This document shows, piece after piece, positions 1-10,097 of a stretch of 64,000 nucleotides of DNA. Location: the NCBI GenBank assembly GCA_942492625.1, contig CALOFM010000003.1, positions 3,659-67,658 on the forward strand, in the 5' to 3' direction. The translations under genes and the position numbers were made by a program. Each line of letters opens with the position of its first letter. Position 1 is the stretch's first letter. The notes beneath the pieces are model-generated. The model did no database searches and was not told the origin of the DNA. It saw only the letters and a list, made by a program, of their open reading frames with translations. The stretch comes from an uncultured Gammaproteobacteria bacterium (GTDB lineage Bacteria; Pseudomonadota; Gammaproteobacteria; Chromatiales; Chromatiaceae).

Positions 1-91
1 GGTCGGTGCGTTCTGGCTGGGGTTGGTCATCGTTCTGGTCCTGTTCAATGCGGGCGGAAAATGGCTGGCGGATGGCGGGCGGCGAGGATGA
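1..91 (+). CDS. 3' end of a membrane protein (partial, runs off the window start)
   Basis: Frame 2 is open from base 2 and reads VGAFWLGLVIVLVLFNAGGKWLADGGRRG* (one hydrophobic segment), TGA at 89-91. Confidence 0.4.
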   Translation, partial: VGAFWLGLVIVLVLFNAGGKWLADGGRRG

Positions 92-399
92 AGGGATTTG
101 TTGTCCCACTCAACCGACTCGGAGAAACTGCCGTTCCTCGCGTCGTGATCTCGTCATTCATCTTGCTGCCGATTTCGGAGTCAGTTCGCCGATTCGGCGG
201 CTGCAGTATTACCCGCATCTTTCCTCGATTCAGGGAACTACCGCACAGATCTTGACATTACGGGCAAAACGCCCGCCACGAGAGTCGGGCAATGCGAGGG
301 CTTGCCCGGTGTCCGGCGGGGCCGCCCCGAAACCAGCCGATGTGCTCAACCCCGACAAAGATCTCGGCGAGGTTACGTTGGACGAATTCAGCCCCGATG

Positions 400-960
400 A
401 TTGCGCAGCTAAGCGCTTGCGTACTGGTCTACGACATCGTGCAGATGGACGAGACGCGCATCCAGGTGCTCAAGGAGACGGGGCGCTCGGCTTCGAGCCA
501 TTCCTACATCCGGGTGCAACGCGGCGGGCCGCCGCATCAACCGGTCGTGCTGTTCCATTACGATCCCACGCGCGGACGGGCCGTTGCCGCGGAGCTGCTC
601 GAAGGCTTTGGCGGGTATTTGCGGAGCGACGGCTTCGAGGTCTTCGCGGCATTCGATGACGGACGTCTGGCCATCGACGACAATGCCTGCGAGCGGGTCA
701 TCCGCCCATTTGTCATCGGTAGACGCAATTGGTTGTTTGCCGATACTCCGAACGGCGCTGAAGTCTCGGCTACGCTCTACAGCTTCAATGAGACCGCCAA
801 GGCCGACGGCCATGAGCCGTACCGCCACCTGCGCCACCTCTTCACCGAATTACCCAAGGCATCTTCCCCCGAGCAAGTTTCGCAACTGCTGCCGCTCAAT
901 ACCGCACCGCAGGATATCCCCGCCCCCTGACAGGTGGGGGGTGGTTTGTGGAGCACTAAC
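400..960 (+). mobile_element. IS66-family remnant: internally deleted TnpC transposase plus degenerate right end
   Basis: ORF 292..930 has IS66 TnpC motifs QMDETRIQVL, FHYDPTRG, GYLRSDGF, then jumps to the C-terminal DGRLAIDDNACERVIRPFVIGRRNWLFADT...LLP; the middle of the DDE domain is missing. 941-960 (GTGGTTTGTGGAGCACTAAC) resembles a decayed ...GGACGCTTAC IS66 end. Confidence 0.85.
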
Positions 961-1134
961 AAAGCAGGTATCTATCACAGCATAGCGGCGCGGCAGTGGA
1001 ACTGCTTTCCGCTGCCGTTCGCAAGAAGCCATCGAAATCGAAACGCCGCGAAAAGTCGTGCTCAAGGCCGAAGCAGCAATCGGCAGCAAGCGCATTCCGG
1101 CCAGGAGGGCGGCACTGACTACCGAGATCGCCAT
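961..1134 (-). pseudogene. Possible N-terminal fragment of a secreted protein truncated by the IS66 remnant
   Basis: MAISVVSAALLAGMRLLPIAASA looks like a signal peptide, has a purine-rich upstream region, and the frame runs into the IS end at about 960. Confidence 0.3.
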
Positions 1135-1444
1135 GTTCTTCTCTCTTCTATTGGCGCCAAAACTTAGTGTCGGTCGCTGGGAACAATCCTACTGCCGACT
1201 TACTGAACGACGTCTGAATATGCCGATAGGCGCTTGTAGCCAACAAGTGCGAGTTGTTCAGCGTTCTTTCAGTTACGCTCGAGTAGTCTGGCCTCGGCGA
1301 CGGGATAAACGCGAATCGCGGCCGTCAAGGTGGTCTGGTTACCGGCCACAGCATGGAGATACGTCTTAGGAGTTCTGTGATGAGCAGCTCTTCGACGCAT
1401 CGACTCCAAACAGTTATCAACGATTCTCAACAAAGGTGAACAAT

Positions 1445-1765
1445 ATGCCAACCGTAAGCTCGAAGCTGCTCCCGATCGCCGTCGCCGCCATGCTGGCAAC
1501 CCTGTGTGGCTCGGTGTCCGCTCAATACAACATGAACACCACGATCCAGGAGGGCCGCATCAACACCAACGACACCTATCAATGGGGGCGCACCAACGAC
1601 AACGCGACCTATCAGGAAGGTCGGGACAATGCGAACCGCACTAGGCAGCGTGGGCGGGAAAACCTCAACCAGACGGGCCAGTTCGGTCGGATCAATTACA
1701 ACGAGACGGACCAGCGCGGTCGCTTCAACCGTAGTAGCCACAAAAGCAAGCGTTCGAGCCGATAG
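1445..1765 (+). CDS. Secreted curlin-like repeat protein 1
   Basis: RBS AAAGGTG before ATG 1445; Sec signal ending GSVSA; six 11-aa units: QEGRINTNDTY QWGRTNDNATY QEGRDNANRTR QRGRENLNQTG QFGRINYNETD QRGRFN. Confidence 0.75.
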   Translation: MPTVSSKLLPIAVAAMLATLCGSVSAQYNMNTTIQEGRINTNDTYQWGRTNDNATYQEGRDNANRTRQRGRENLNQTGQFGRINYNETDQRGRFNRSSHKSKRSSR

Positions 1766-1825
1766 GAAACGTGCTGGCGCTCCGGCGTCAGCATTACACC
1801 TACGTGAGAGAAGAGGCACCGGCAA

Positions 1826-2119
1826 ATGAAGACTTCAATTGTGTACGTGGGTGTTGCCCTTTTGATGGCGTTACCCCTCGCCTACGGCGGCTCTACCGGT
1901 AATCGCACCAGCGGCCCCTGTTTCAGTGTCAACATCCAGAACGATCCGGTGAACAGATCGAACGTTCGGCAGAATTGTAATCGGAACATCAGCCGCACCG
2001 TGCAGGCAGGGAATCGGAACCAGGCGCAAACAATCCAAACCGGCAGCGTCAACGATAACAAGGTCAGACAGTATCATTACAATAGCTCCGAGTACTTTGG
2101 TCGGATGCGCGACAACTAA
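1826..2119 (+). CDS. Secreted curlin-like repeat protein 2
   Basis: Signal peptide MKTSIVYVGVALLMALPLAYG; 11-aa periodic Q/N: QNDPVNRSNVR QNCNRNISRTV QAGNRNQAQTI QTGSVNDNKVR Q; two Cys. Confidence 0.7.
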   Translation: MKTSIVYVGVALLMALPLAYGGSTGNRTSGPCFSVNIQNDPVNRSNVRQNCNRNISRTVQAGNRNQAQTIQTGSVNDNKVRQYHYNSSEYFGRMRDN

Positions 2120-2212
2120 GCATCGGCAGGCGCCGGGCAGAATCGCGATTTGGTCTTCCGTAGCCCGGCGACTGGACTTCTAACCTTATCTCAGCCCGCG
2201 CGGGTGATCAGA

Positions 2213-2605
2213 ATGAAAAGAAAAGCTTTCCGGCCCTTCCTGCTCGTCGTGGGTGCCATGTTCACAACCATGCTGGCCACGGAGCCCGCACATGCGCAAA
2301 ACACAAACACCACTATCCAGGAGGGACGGGTGTGCATCAACCGGACGTTCCAGTACGGCGATAGCAACGACAACGCGACCTATCAAAACTGCGAGGTAAA
2401 CATCAACCGTACGGTGCAGCGAGGAAAGGAAAACCGGAACCGAACCGCCCAAAACGGACGGCATAATGCCAACCAAGCGCACCAGAGTCGTGGCTTCAAG
2501 CGTGCGGGCTACAAACCCGCTCGCTCAACTCACAACAAACCCGGGCACAACAGGTCAAAACGCGGCAGGGACGACCGCAGAGGGGCCGGGAATCACGACA
2601 ATTGA
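2213..2605 (+). CDS. Secreted curlin-like repeat protein 3 (paralogue of protein 1) with basic tail
   Basis: Signal ending PAHA; shares NTTIQEGR and NDNATYQ with protein 1; units QEGRVCINRTF QYGDSNDNATY QNCEVNINRTV QRGKENRNRTA QNGRHNANQAH Q. Confidence 0.75.
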   Translation: MKRKAFRPFLLVVGAMFTTMLATEPAHAQNTNTTIQEGRVCINRTFQYGDSNDNATYQNCEVNINRTVQRGKENRNRTAQNGRHNANQAHQSRGFKRAGYKPARSTHNKPGHNRSKRGRDDRRGAGNHDN

Positions 2606-2739
2606 ATTTGACCGGAACAAAAACCCGGTCGCTCGCGGAAAAACGGCCCTCGATCAGCGTAGCCGGAAGCGGCAAGAAACGAGCGAAAGACGCAGCTCCT
2701 TTTCATTTCGACTGGGGCTTCGCGAATGGGTGAAAATAC

Positions 2740-3168
2740 ATGAACACTTCAAACTCGTCGGCGTGCAAACGGGGTTTTGGATTGATTGGTTTGATCTTGT
2801 TGACGGTGGCCGTTGGCGCCGGGTCGGCGAGAGCGGAAACCTTTCGGCACGGTGGCTCCACCGCGACCATCGAGCAGAGCGGTGACGGCACGAGCAAATC
2901 CGAGATCACCCGCTACAAAGACGGGCAGAAAATCGTCACGCAAAACGGCAACAGCACAGATATCACAATTCAAGGAGGAAGTGGTTCGCCAGTACCCGAT
3001 TACGGCCGGGGATACTCCGAATGGGGCGATGACCGGTTCGACCGTCAAAGAATGGAAGAGCGATTCTCCCGCGGCGCCGATGACTACTCCGAGTTTACGA
3101 CTTCGAGTGAACGCGAGGCGTTCAAGCAGCAGATGCTCGATAGAACGCGCAGTCGCTTTCTACCCTAG
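2740..3168 (+). CDS. Secreted protein with degenerate curlin-like strands
   Basis: Signal ending SARA; STATIEQSGDG and IVTQNGNSTDITIQGG resemble curlin strands; charged, probably helical C-terminus. Confidence 0.6.
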   Translation: MNTSNSSACKRGFGLIGLILLTVAVGAGSARAETFRHGGSTATIEQSGDGTSKSEITRYKDGQKIVTQNGNSTDITIQGGSGSPVPDYGRGYSEWGDDRFDRQRMEERFSRGADDYSEFTTSSEREAFKQQMLDRTRSRFLP

Positions 3169-3309
3169 CTAGGCATTCTTTTCGGTAGCTCGAAGGACCG
3201 TACCACAGACCGAATGAGGCCACAGAGCGCGGACCGTCTTCATTCGGCTTGACTGCCGTATCTCCCGGTAAGCAGTCTTATTTTTATCTAGGCCACGAGA
3301 GGTGAAGAC

Positions 3310-3705
3310 GTGAAAGCTAAAGACGCATTTATTCGCGGAACCTTGATGATGTTGGCGGTTTCTATTTCCGGTGCTTTTGCGGATTCCCGCGGAAAAGAAG
3401 AGTGGGAGCCCAGAAAAGAGCAGATGGAGTACGAACGTGAACAGAGGAAGCGCGATCGCGAGTGGGAAAGGGAAGAACGAAAGTACTACAAAAAACTTGA
3501 GCGGAAAGAGCGCAAGCACCTAGAAAAGATGACGCGCAAAGAGAGAAAACACCGAGACGAAATGTGGCCTGAAGGAGATTACACGCTCGAAGAGTCGGAA
3601 TATGAATACGGTGTTGACGAATCATATGCACCAGATTACGCAGAGGACAAGGTGTACCGCATCATAAAAGACGTGCGAGACCTCACCGAACCTCTCGATC
3701 AATAG
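3310..3705 (+). CDS. Secreted highly charged (E/R/K) helical repeat protein
   Basis: RBS GAGGTG then GTG start; signal ending GAFA; 11-aa charged repeats EYEREQRKRDR EWEREERKYYK KLERKERKHLE KMTRKERKHRD. Confidence 0.65.
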   Translation: MKAKDAFIRGTLMMLAVSISGAFADSRGKEEWEPRKEQMEYEREQRKRDREWEREERKYYKKLERKERKHLEKMTRKERKHRDEMWPEGDYTLEESEYEYGVDESYAPDYAEDKVYRIIKDVRDLTEPLDQ

Positions 3706-4280
3706 GCCGTGATCAGGGGCTGTTTCCAACTCTGGAGAGGTTCTCGCGGTTCCTCGTAGGGTCGTGAGGGGGCAGGGCAATGGCATCAAGGAACGGTAAT
3801 GTTCAACCACGTCGCCCTGTCGTAACTCAGGGGCGAGGGATTGCAGGCAAGCGTGTCGGACAGGACGAAATCGGTGCGTTCAATCCATGATGTTGCGGTG
3901 GGATTATCCCACCTGACGCGGTTTCCACATGGATTCCGACTCCCCCGAGCTTCTCGACCACCACCAACGTTCGTCGCCTCGACTTGGACGGCCGAAAACC
4001 AAGTTTAAGCTGCCTTTCCGCTTGTGCTGGGGTTCGATCTGTGCGTTGAAGCCAGTACGACTCGCCTTGTCTTCGGATCCAGCGTCCGCAGTTCGGACAA
4101 CTGAGACATCGGGCCTGCAGACTCAAGGGCCGAAGTGGGTCGGGAAGAGCCCTTAGCCGACGTGCCCTCGGCCCGACGGCGATCAAAGCCAGTGTCGGAG
4201 TTTTTCTGCTGGCGGTGCGCGGCTGGCGCAACCGTCCCTGTCCAGCAACTTCCAGAACCACCGCAGTCGAACGCACCTAC

Positions 4281-4750
4281 TCAGACGTGCCGCTCCACCT
4301 CGACCGCTTCCGAGTCGGCATGCAGGGCGCGGAAGTTAGGACCCGTCATTTTCACCAGATGCTCATGGTCGCCAGCCTCAAAATAAATTTCTGTCTGCTG
4401 CAGCAGGCCCCTGTCCACCATGCTCTTGAGCCTGTAGGCTTTACCCGCTGGGGGCACGGCACCCTCGTCACAGTCTGGACAAAGGATCATCAGTTCCGGT
4501 TCAGTGGCGAGACCTACGTTCGTCCGCACTTTCGGTGCAGGGCGCCCAGGTGGACGCGGGAGTTCGAAGGCACCACTACCATCACATAATCGTCGCCGTC
4601 TTTGACGATCACGGCTTTCGCCAACCGGTCCCCCCGGACTTGAGCAGCCGCAGCCGTGATCATGCTTGACTCGGTGTGCGGGTGTGGGATCAACTCGTAG
4701 TGTATCGAGTGCGCCTTGACGTGGGCCTCCAACTTGTTCGCGATGGGCAT
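4281..4750 (-). pseudogene. YbaK/EbsC (ProX-like) aminoacyl-tRNA deacylase, frameshifted near 4520
   Basis: ORF 4514..4750 (HPHTESS...LAKAVIVKD) and ORF 4281..4529 (LATEPEL..CPDCDEGAVPP...IYFEAGDHEHLV) are the two halves of one YbaK domain. Confidence 0.8.
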
Positions 4751-5203
4751 TTGTTCTCCCTCCGGTCTCTGTGCTTCATTTTCTCGGTGTGCCGCTTCAA
4801 AGGTTGGCAGGAGCCCAACGAATTGTTACCAAAACGCACGGCCAAAGGGTTTCGGCGCGCGACACGACACGCCGCGCCACTCGCTTCCCCGGCGCTTCCA
4901 TGAGCGGACATCGGCGGCAGGACATAGCAGCCGTGGCAGACTCACGCATGAACGTTGCTGTATCCTATTTTTCCGAGAAAAGTCGAGTCTACCGTCGAGA
5001 AGGAATGAGCACTCGTGACCGTGCTTCGCGAACGCCCCAGCGTTTCTGCCTATCGCGCCGAACAGAATTTTGGTGTAGCACCGTGAGGTAAAATCTGCCC
5101 AATCTCGCTTTTGGTTTGCCAGGCCATCATTGGTAGGCGGCCCCCGGCAACGACTTAGCAGAGTTTAGCTCCGCAATGGTTGCTAGAATTTGAAGGACGA
5201 GCA

Positions 5204-5593
5204 ATGAACGAATCACAGATCCCGGAAAGCGAACTCACAATAGAGGAAATGCTTGTATCGTCAGGCGGTTGGTTAAATATTCCAGATAGTGGTGTGACCC
5301 TACTATTGGAGGGGGCTGCTGTTCTAGGTATGGTCATCGTCATGGTACTTGGCATGATTCTCTTATTTCGCCGCCTTAGAGCATTGGACCAAGAATTCAG
5401 TCCGAATTCCTTGAAATCGCTAGGTGTCATTCTGTTCCTGCCGTCTTTGGTGCTCTTAGCGCTGTTAACCGAATTCAAAACAGAAACTCTTGCGGCACTA
5501 CTTGGGACAGTTGCTGGTTACGTATTATCGAACTCGGAAAACAAATCGGATAGCACAAGGAAGCCTAGGGCGACAGAGAGTAAGCGCGACTGA
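5204..5593 (+). CDS. Small membrane protein (2-3 TM), lower GC than flanks
   Basis: RBS GAAGGA before ATG 5204; hydrophobic segments AAVLGMVIVMVLGMILLF, LGVILFLPSLVLLALL, LAALLGTVAGYVL. Confidence 0.65.
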   Translation: MNESQIPESELTIEEMLVSSGGWLNIPDSGVTLLLEGAAVLGMVIVMVLGMILLFRRLRALDQEFSPNSLKSLGVILFLPSLVLLALLTEFKTETLAALLGTVAGYVLSNSENKSDSTRKPRATESKRD

Positions 5594-6010
5594 CAAGTTA
5601 ATTGCACTATTGTTGAAATCTTGGAACTCTCGATCCAGAAGCTACGTCGGCTCTGACCCAAGATTGTGTGTCAATTCCGGCTCAATATGTGAGCACCTAC
5701 GATTTTTTCGAATCGAAGTCGGTCCTGCCGCATGCTGCGAGGCGGACATCTGACCTCACAACCGAGTTCGGCCAAAAGCGGACCTGGCCGCCCAGCGATG
5801 GGTATTCACCACCCTCGTTGGCGACTGGTCGCGCTTGTCGCCAACGGTCGGCAGGTTCCGTCAGCCATCGACAAACGGGTACGCGGGCTAAGGCTGCTCC
5901 ATCGTATCGTGGAAAACTGCCAGGTGGTGGTTTCGGCGGACGAAAAGAGGGTTCGTATTCCCTATAATTAAAGGATTGAGACTGAAACTTATCGAGGCGG
6001 CCGGACTCGC

Positions 6011-7744
6011 GTGCCGACAGCAACGAAACGCACCCCTGCACTGGCCTACGTAGCCGCATTGATTGCCGTACTCGTGGTCTGGGCAGCTTATCGACCCTTG
6101 CTGCATGTCTGGTACGAGCTACAAAACCAGACGCCGTCGGTCGCCGAAGTCGTGCAGCTTCTGCGCAGCCGAAGCACAGAACGGCAGCGAGAGGGACTCG
6201 CATCAGCCGCACGCATCAGACCGGCAATAGATGAGGTTCTTACTGCGGTATCCGGTCTGGCTTTCGCCGCATCGGACACGGGCATACGCCAACAGGCTGC
6301 ACAATATCTCAGCGGCGTAGCGCAGCAGCAGGCGCTGCCGGCAGATTTGTTGCTGCGCCTCCCGGAGTTGACCCCTCAGATGGATCGCAACCTCGCGACG
6401 ACCTACGCCACCTTGATCGACCACACGGCCCGACAGCAACCGCCGCCGCCCAATGCCGTCGCATTTCTGGACGCGCTCATCGAGCAAGGTGACTGGAGTG
6501 CGCAGAATGTCGCCATACTCGCGCTCGGCCAGATCGGCTTCTATGACGGGATGGACGACACCCACATTGCGCAGCTGACTGCCATGGCGGCACACAAGAA
6601 CGAACTTGGCCACCAGATTCACAGCGCCGACGCCGCCTGGGCGCTGAAGCTGATTGGGCAGAAACGGTCTTTGCCGCCTGAGACTCTTGAGGTGCTCGTC
6701 GAGCTGATGCGCAAAGGCCGTGACGCGAATGCCCGCCAGCGCGCCGTCTCGGCTGTCTCCACCCAGCTGCCCTCGACGCCGGCGCTTGCCGACGCGATCG
6801 AAGCCGCGCTCGACGACCCGGATTCCAGGGTCCGTGGGGCCGCGCGAAACGTGCTGTACAAACTCGAAACGGAGAAGCCCACTGACCTCGACCAAGCGTT
6901 GCAGTTGGCAGCCGACGAAGACGAGCCGAGCACACGCCGGCTGCGCGCGCTGCAGCGTCTGCTCCAGCAGACCCCGGCCGACGGCCGGGTGCGTGCGATG
7001 GCGCAGCGCATGGCCCGCCACGAAGATGCCGCGCTGCGCGCCGGTATCGCCTCGATGGCCGGGGTACTGCCGGATAGCGAAGCCGAGGCGTTGTTCGCGG
7101 GTACGCTCGACGACCCGGACCCGCGCGTAAGAGCCGCCGCTGTTTCACCGCTCATCGCGCGACGAGCCGCCGAAGGGGAAGAGGTGCAAACCGTGTTGAT
7201 ACAGCGGTTGCTTGGTGATCCCGCCCCGGAGGTGCAGCGCAACGTCCTGCTGACGATCCGTAGCAACGAACTGAATTCCGACGCCGTGCGCGCGGCGTTG
7301 CGTGGCATGGAGACGGATGATCCGCGGCTTGCCCGGGAGCGTTCGACACTGCTTGACTCGCTGGACCGCGCCAGTCGAACGCCGCTGCAGCGCTTCTGGG
7401 ACGCCGCCCTCGAACCGAGAAACTACGGCGTCTATGCATTCGTTGCGGCGGCTGGGCTCGCCGTCCTGATCTGCGTGCCCTTTCTCCTCTACTTCACGGC
7501 ACGCTGCTTCGTCTATCTATCGGCGCGACAATGGCGCGCTCTTGCCACGTTGGGGATCGTTGCAGCGTGGGTCGGCGCCTCGTTTGCACTCGGCTGGGCC
7601 TTCTTTATAGGTGCATTTGTGGCCGGTGGGCACAACAGCCAGCCGCCGCTTGGCGCACAGTTGTCCGTCGTAGGAGTGTTGTTGCTGCTGGTGGGCGTTT
7701 ATGCCCTGCTCGGTTATGGGCTGCGCCGGCTGGTAAGGAACTAA
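6011..7744 (+). CDS. Membrane-anchored HEAT-repeat protein
   Basis: N-terminal TM, repeated LDDPDSRVRGAA / LDDPDPRVRAAA / LGDPAPEVQRNV HEAT motifs, three C-terminal TM segments. Confidence 0.8.
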   Translation: MPTATKRTPALAYVAALIAVLVVWAAYRPLLHVWYELQNQTPSVAEVVQLLRSRSTERQREGLASAARIRPAIDEVLTAVSGLAFAASDTGIRQQAAQYLSGVAQQQALPADLLLRLPELTPQMDRNLATTYATLIDHTARQQPPPPNAVAFLDALIEQGDWSAQNVAILALGQIGFYDGMDDTHIAQLTAMAAHKNELGHQIHSADAAWALKLIGQKRSLPPETLEVLVELMRKGRDANARQRAVSAVSTQLPSTPALADAIEAALDDPDSRVRGAARNVLYKLETEKPTDLDQALQLAADEDEPSTRRLRALQRLLQQTPADGRVRAMAQRMARHEDAALRAGIASMAGVLPDSEAEALFAGTLDDPDPRVRAAAVSPLIARRAAEGEEVQTVLIQRLLGDPAPEVQRNVLLTIRSNELNSDAVRAALRGMETDDPRLARERSTLLDSLDRASRTPLQRFWDAALEPRNYGVYAFVAAAGLAVLICVPFLLYFTARCFVYLSARQWRALATLGIVAAWVGASFALGWAFFIGAFVAGGHNSQPPLGAQLSVVGVLLLLVGVYALLGYGLRRLVRN

Positions 7745-8018
7745 GGTCCGGCTAATGTTCGGCGGGTTAAGAACATGCACTGCTGTGGCGGTGGTCGGCA
7801 CAGACCGCTACAGATAGGCTCTAAAAAAATCCCGGGTATCCTCGCGATGAGGGTGCGGAAAGTACGTTGTGATTCGTCTTAGAGAAACTATACTCCACGT
7901 GTGGGATCTGGTGCCTAAGTCGCATTGTATACGCTGGCCAAACATCGGAAACCAACCTCCCTATGTTGCGCCTTGAGCGTTCAACCCAGAGCGCAACAAA
8001 TTTGCGATGGACCCTGCA

Positions 8019-8330
8019 ATGAACAAAAGCGCCTGTCTTATCCTTTCGGGATTTCCGATTGTGCCTACATCTGCCGTTGCCCTAGCGTTCGGGCTCCTCC
8101 TGCCCGGCGGTGTATCGGCCAACGAGTGCCTGCTAGAGAACAGTATCTACTTTTTCGACAAGGATCTGAGGTCCTTCTACGGCGACTCTGCAGCTCCTTA
8201 CGCCTTCGTCGAAGGACTGAGATATGCCGATTACTACGGGAAGGGGGATAGGGGCAGCATAGAGCCGGCGCTTGGTACGCCGATCTGGAAGTTCCCGATT
8301 GCGGGGTACAGTCCAGCTCACCGGCCTCCC
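8019..8330 (+). pseudogene. Possible fragment of a secreted protein
   Basis: MNKSACLILSG...LAFGLLLPGGVSA signal-like start followed by protein-like sequence; the ORF then runs antisense into the VWA gene end. Confidence 0.3.
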
Positions 8331-8332
8331 TG

Positions 8333-9613
8333 CTACCGTTCTGCGGTCACATCCACCTCCACCACCTTCTGCTCACCTTCTTTGACGGTGAGATCGGTTT
8401 CCTGGGTCGCATCCCCAACTTTCACACGCAGTTTGTAGTCACCCTCATTGAGAGTGATGATCGGCTGCGCATCGAAAGAGGAGGCAATTTGCTTGCGACG
8501 ACCCTCGAAGTCCGCCTGTTTCTCGAGGATCGTCCACTTACCAGACGACCAGCTTGTGAGGACGGGAGTTTCTGAACCCAGCTGAGCCCCGAGTTTCGCT
8601 TGCCCGGGTGCAAGGAAGATCTCAGTCGTCGGAACCTTAGGTGTCCGGCTTGACGGCGACGGGTTGGTCCATGGCGGGCTTGTCCGCAACGGTTGCGGCG
8701 GGTACATAGGATTTCGTGCCGGTGCTCTCGCCCACTCTCAGCTGCACGCGGTGCTCCTAGCCGTCCGCCGGAAGATTGGAAGTGTAGGCGAGCGTGTATT
8801 GGCCGGCGAGTTGCTTGCCGATACTATCGTAAAGTTGGGCGAGCTCGCTGGGCTCGACCGCGTTGAGGTAGCGCGCGCCTGTCTCGTTAGCGACCTTCTT
8901 CAAGGCAAGCTCGTCGAGCTCGGTGCCGAGGCCGATGGCAAATAGGGGTACATTCACTTGGCGGGCGAGCGCAAGCACGTCGGTGACTGAGCGCTTGCTC
9001 AATGGCTTTCCGGCGCCATCGTCGTCCACGCCGTCGCTGAGCAGAATGATCGCCTTACGCCCAACCACGTCACGCAGGGACTCGACGGACGCGTAGAGGG
9101 CGTCCCACAGCGCCGTGTCCCCGCGCGCCACAGTGCCTGCAATCGCCACCTGAGCCGCGCTCCGATCGGCACCGAGCGGATAGATGGTCTTCACGTCGCG
9201 CGAGAAACGGATGACCTGCACTTTGTCCTGCGACTGGAGCAGGGTCAGGAAGCTCTTCGCCGCCGCCTGAGCGTCGGGGATCCGCCTTTTCATTGAGCCG
9301 CTGGTGTCAAGGGTCAGCACTGCCGAGAGTGGCGTCAGCTGCGGGACGACCGTGAGCGGCTCCTGATCCAACTCGTCTTCACGGACGCGGAAGTCTTGGT
9401 CCGTGAGATCGAGCACGGGCATGTCGTCTTTGAGGACGGTCGCAAAAACGACCACTTTCGGGACCTGCGATGTCTCGATCTGATTGATCTGCACTTGGGC
9501 ACCGGGTGTCGTGACGCGGTGTGTCGTGGGCGCATCCTGGCCGGGCAGCGGGCGCATGAGAGCAACGCGGCGTAAACCCAAGTGAGTATGTGGCTCCGCG
9601 ATGGACTGTTCGT
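8333..9613 (-). pseudogene. Secreted von Willebrand factor A (MIDAS) domain protein with several lesions
   Basis: DTSGSM MIDAS motif, TALWDAL, LLSDG. Strong RBS AAGGAGG (9621-9627) is followed by ACG instead of ATG (9613-9611); frameshift after the signal peptide; in-frame TAG at 8759-8757 followed by EHRVQLRV; second frameshift near 8640 into a C-terminal beta domain. Confidence 0.8.
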
Positions 9614-10097
9614 GGGATTTCCTCCTTTTAGGTTCGCATCCTTAGCCCAAGGTCAGGATCAATGCTGCCGATTCTTCAGATTCTGAAACATATTACAAGT
9701 AGCCAAAGTCTACCCCAATACGTAAATGGGATTTGATCAGGGTACGTGTAAAAAGTAGTAGTCTCGGAATCGCGGCTTTACAATTGATTGTTTCTTTTTG
9801 TCTTTCTTTTTCGCGAGTTTCTGGAAATATCCCGCATATTTGTCGATAAATCTACTCTGGTAATTGTGCTATGTTCCGTCCGGTGGGTTTGAAAAAGGGC
9901 AGAAGCAGGCATACGGGCTCACTGGGCTCCGACGCCTGAATTGCTACCTGCCGTTCTCGATACCCTGACCTTTTTACTTTGACAGGACGCCCTTCCTAAG
10001 ATCGTTCTCAGACTGCGGCTCGCCGGTGCACCGAATCGCGAAGAAAAAGAAGCGCTCGCAACGCCGGCAAAAGCGCGTTTCCGGAGGTAGGCTGAAG

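Noticed and set aside
1445-2605. Sulfur globule proteins
   Set aside because: Sgp proteins are Gly/Pro/Tyr/Trp-rich; these are Asn/Gln/Arg/Thr-rich with curlin periodicity.
5594-5800. Integron attC site after the low-GC membrane gene (…GGCCAAAAGCGGAC)
   Set aside because: No convincing RYYYAAC/GTTRRRY box pair, no second cassette and no integrase in the window.
8757-8759. In-frame TAG in the VWA gene as pyrrolysine or readthrough
   Set aside because: The gene has three other lesions and no pyl genes are visible; a nonsense mutation is simpler.
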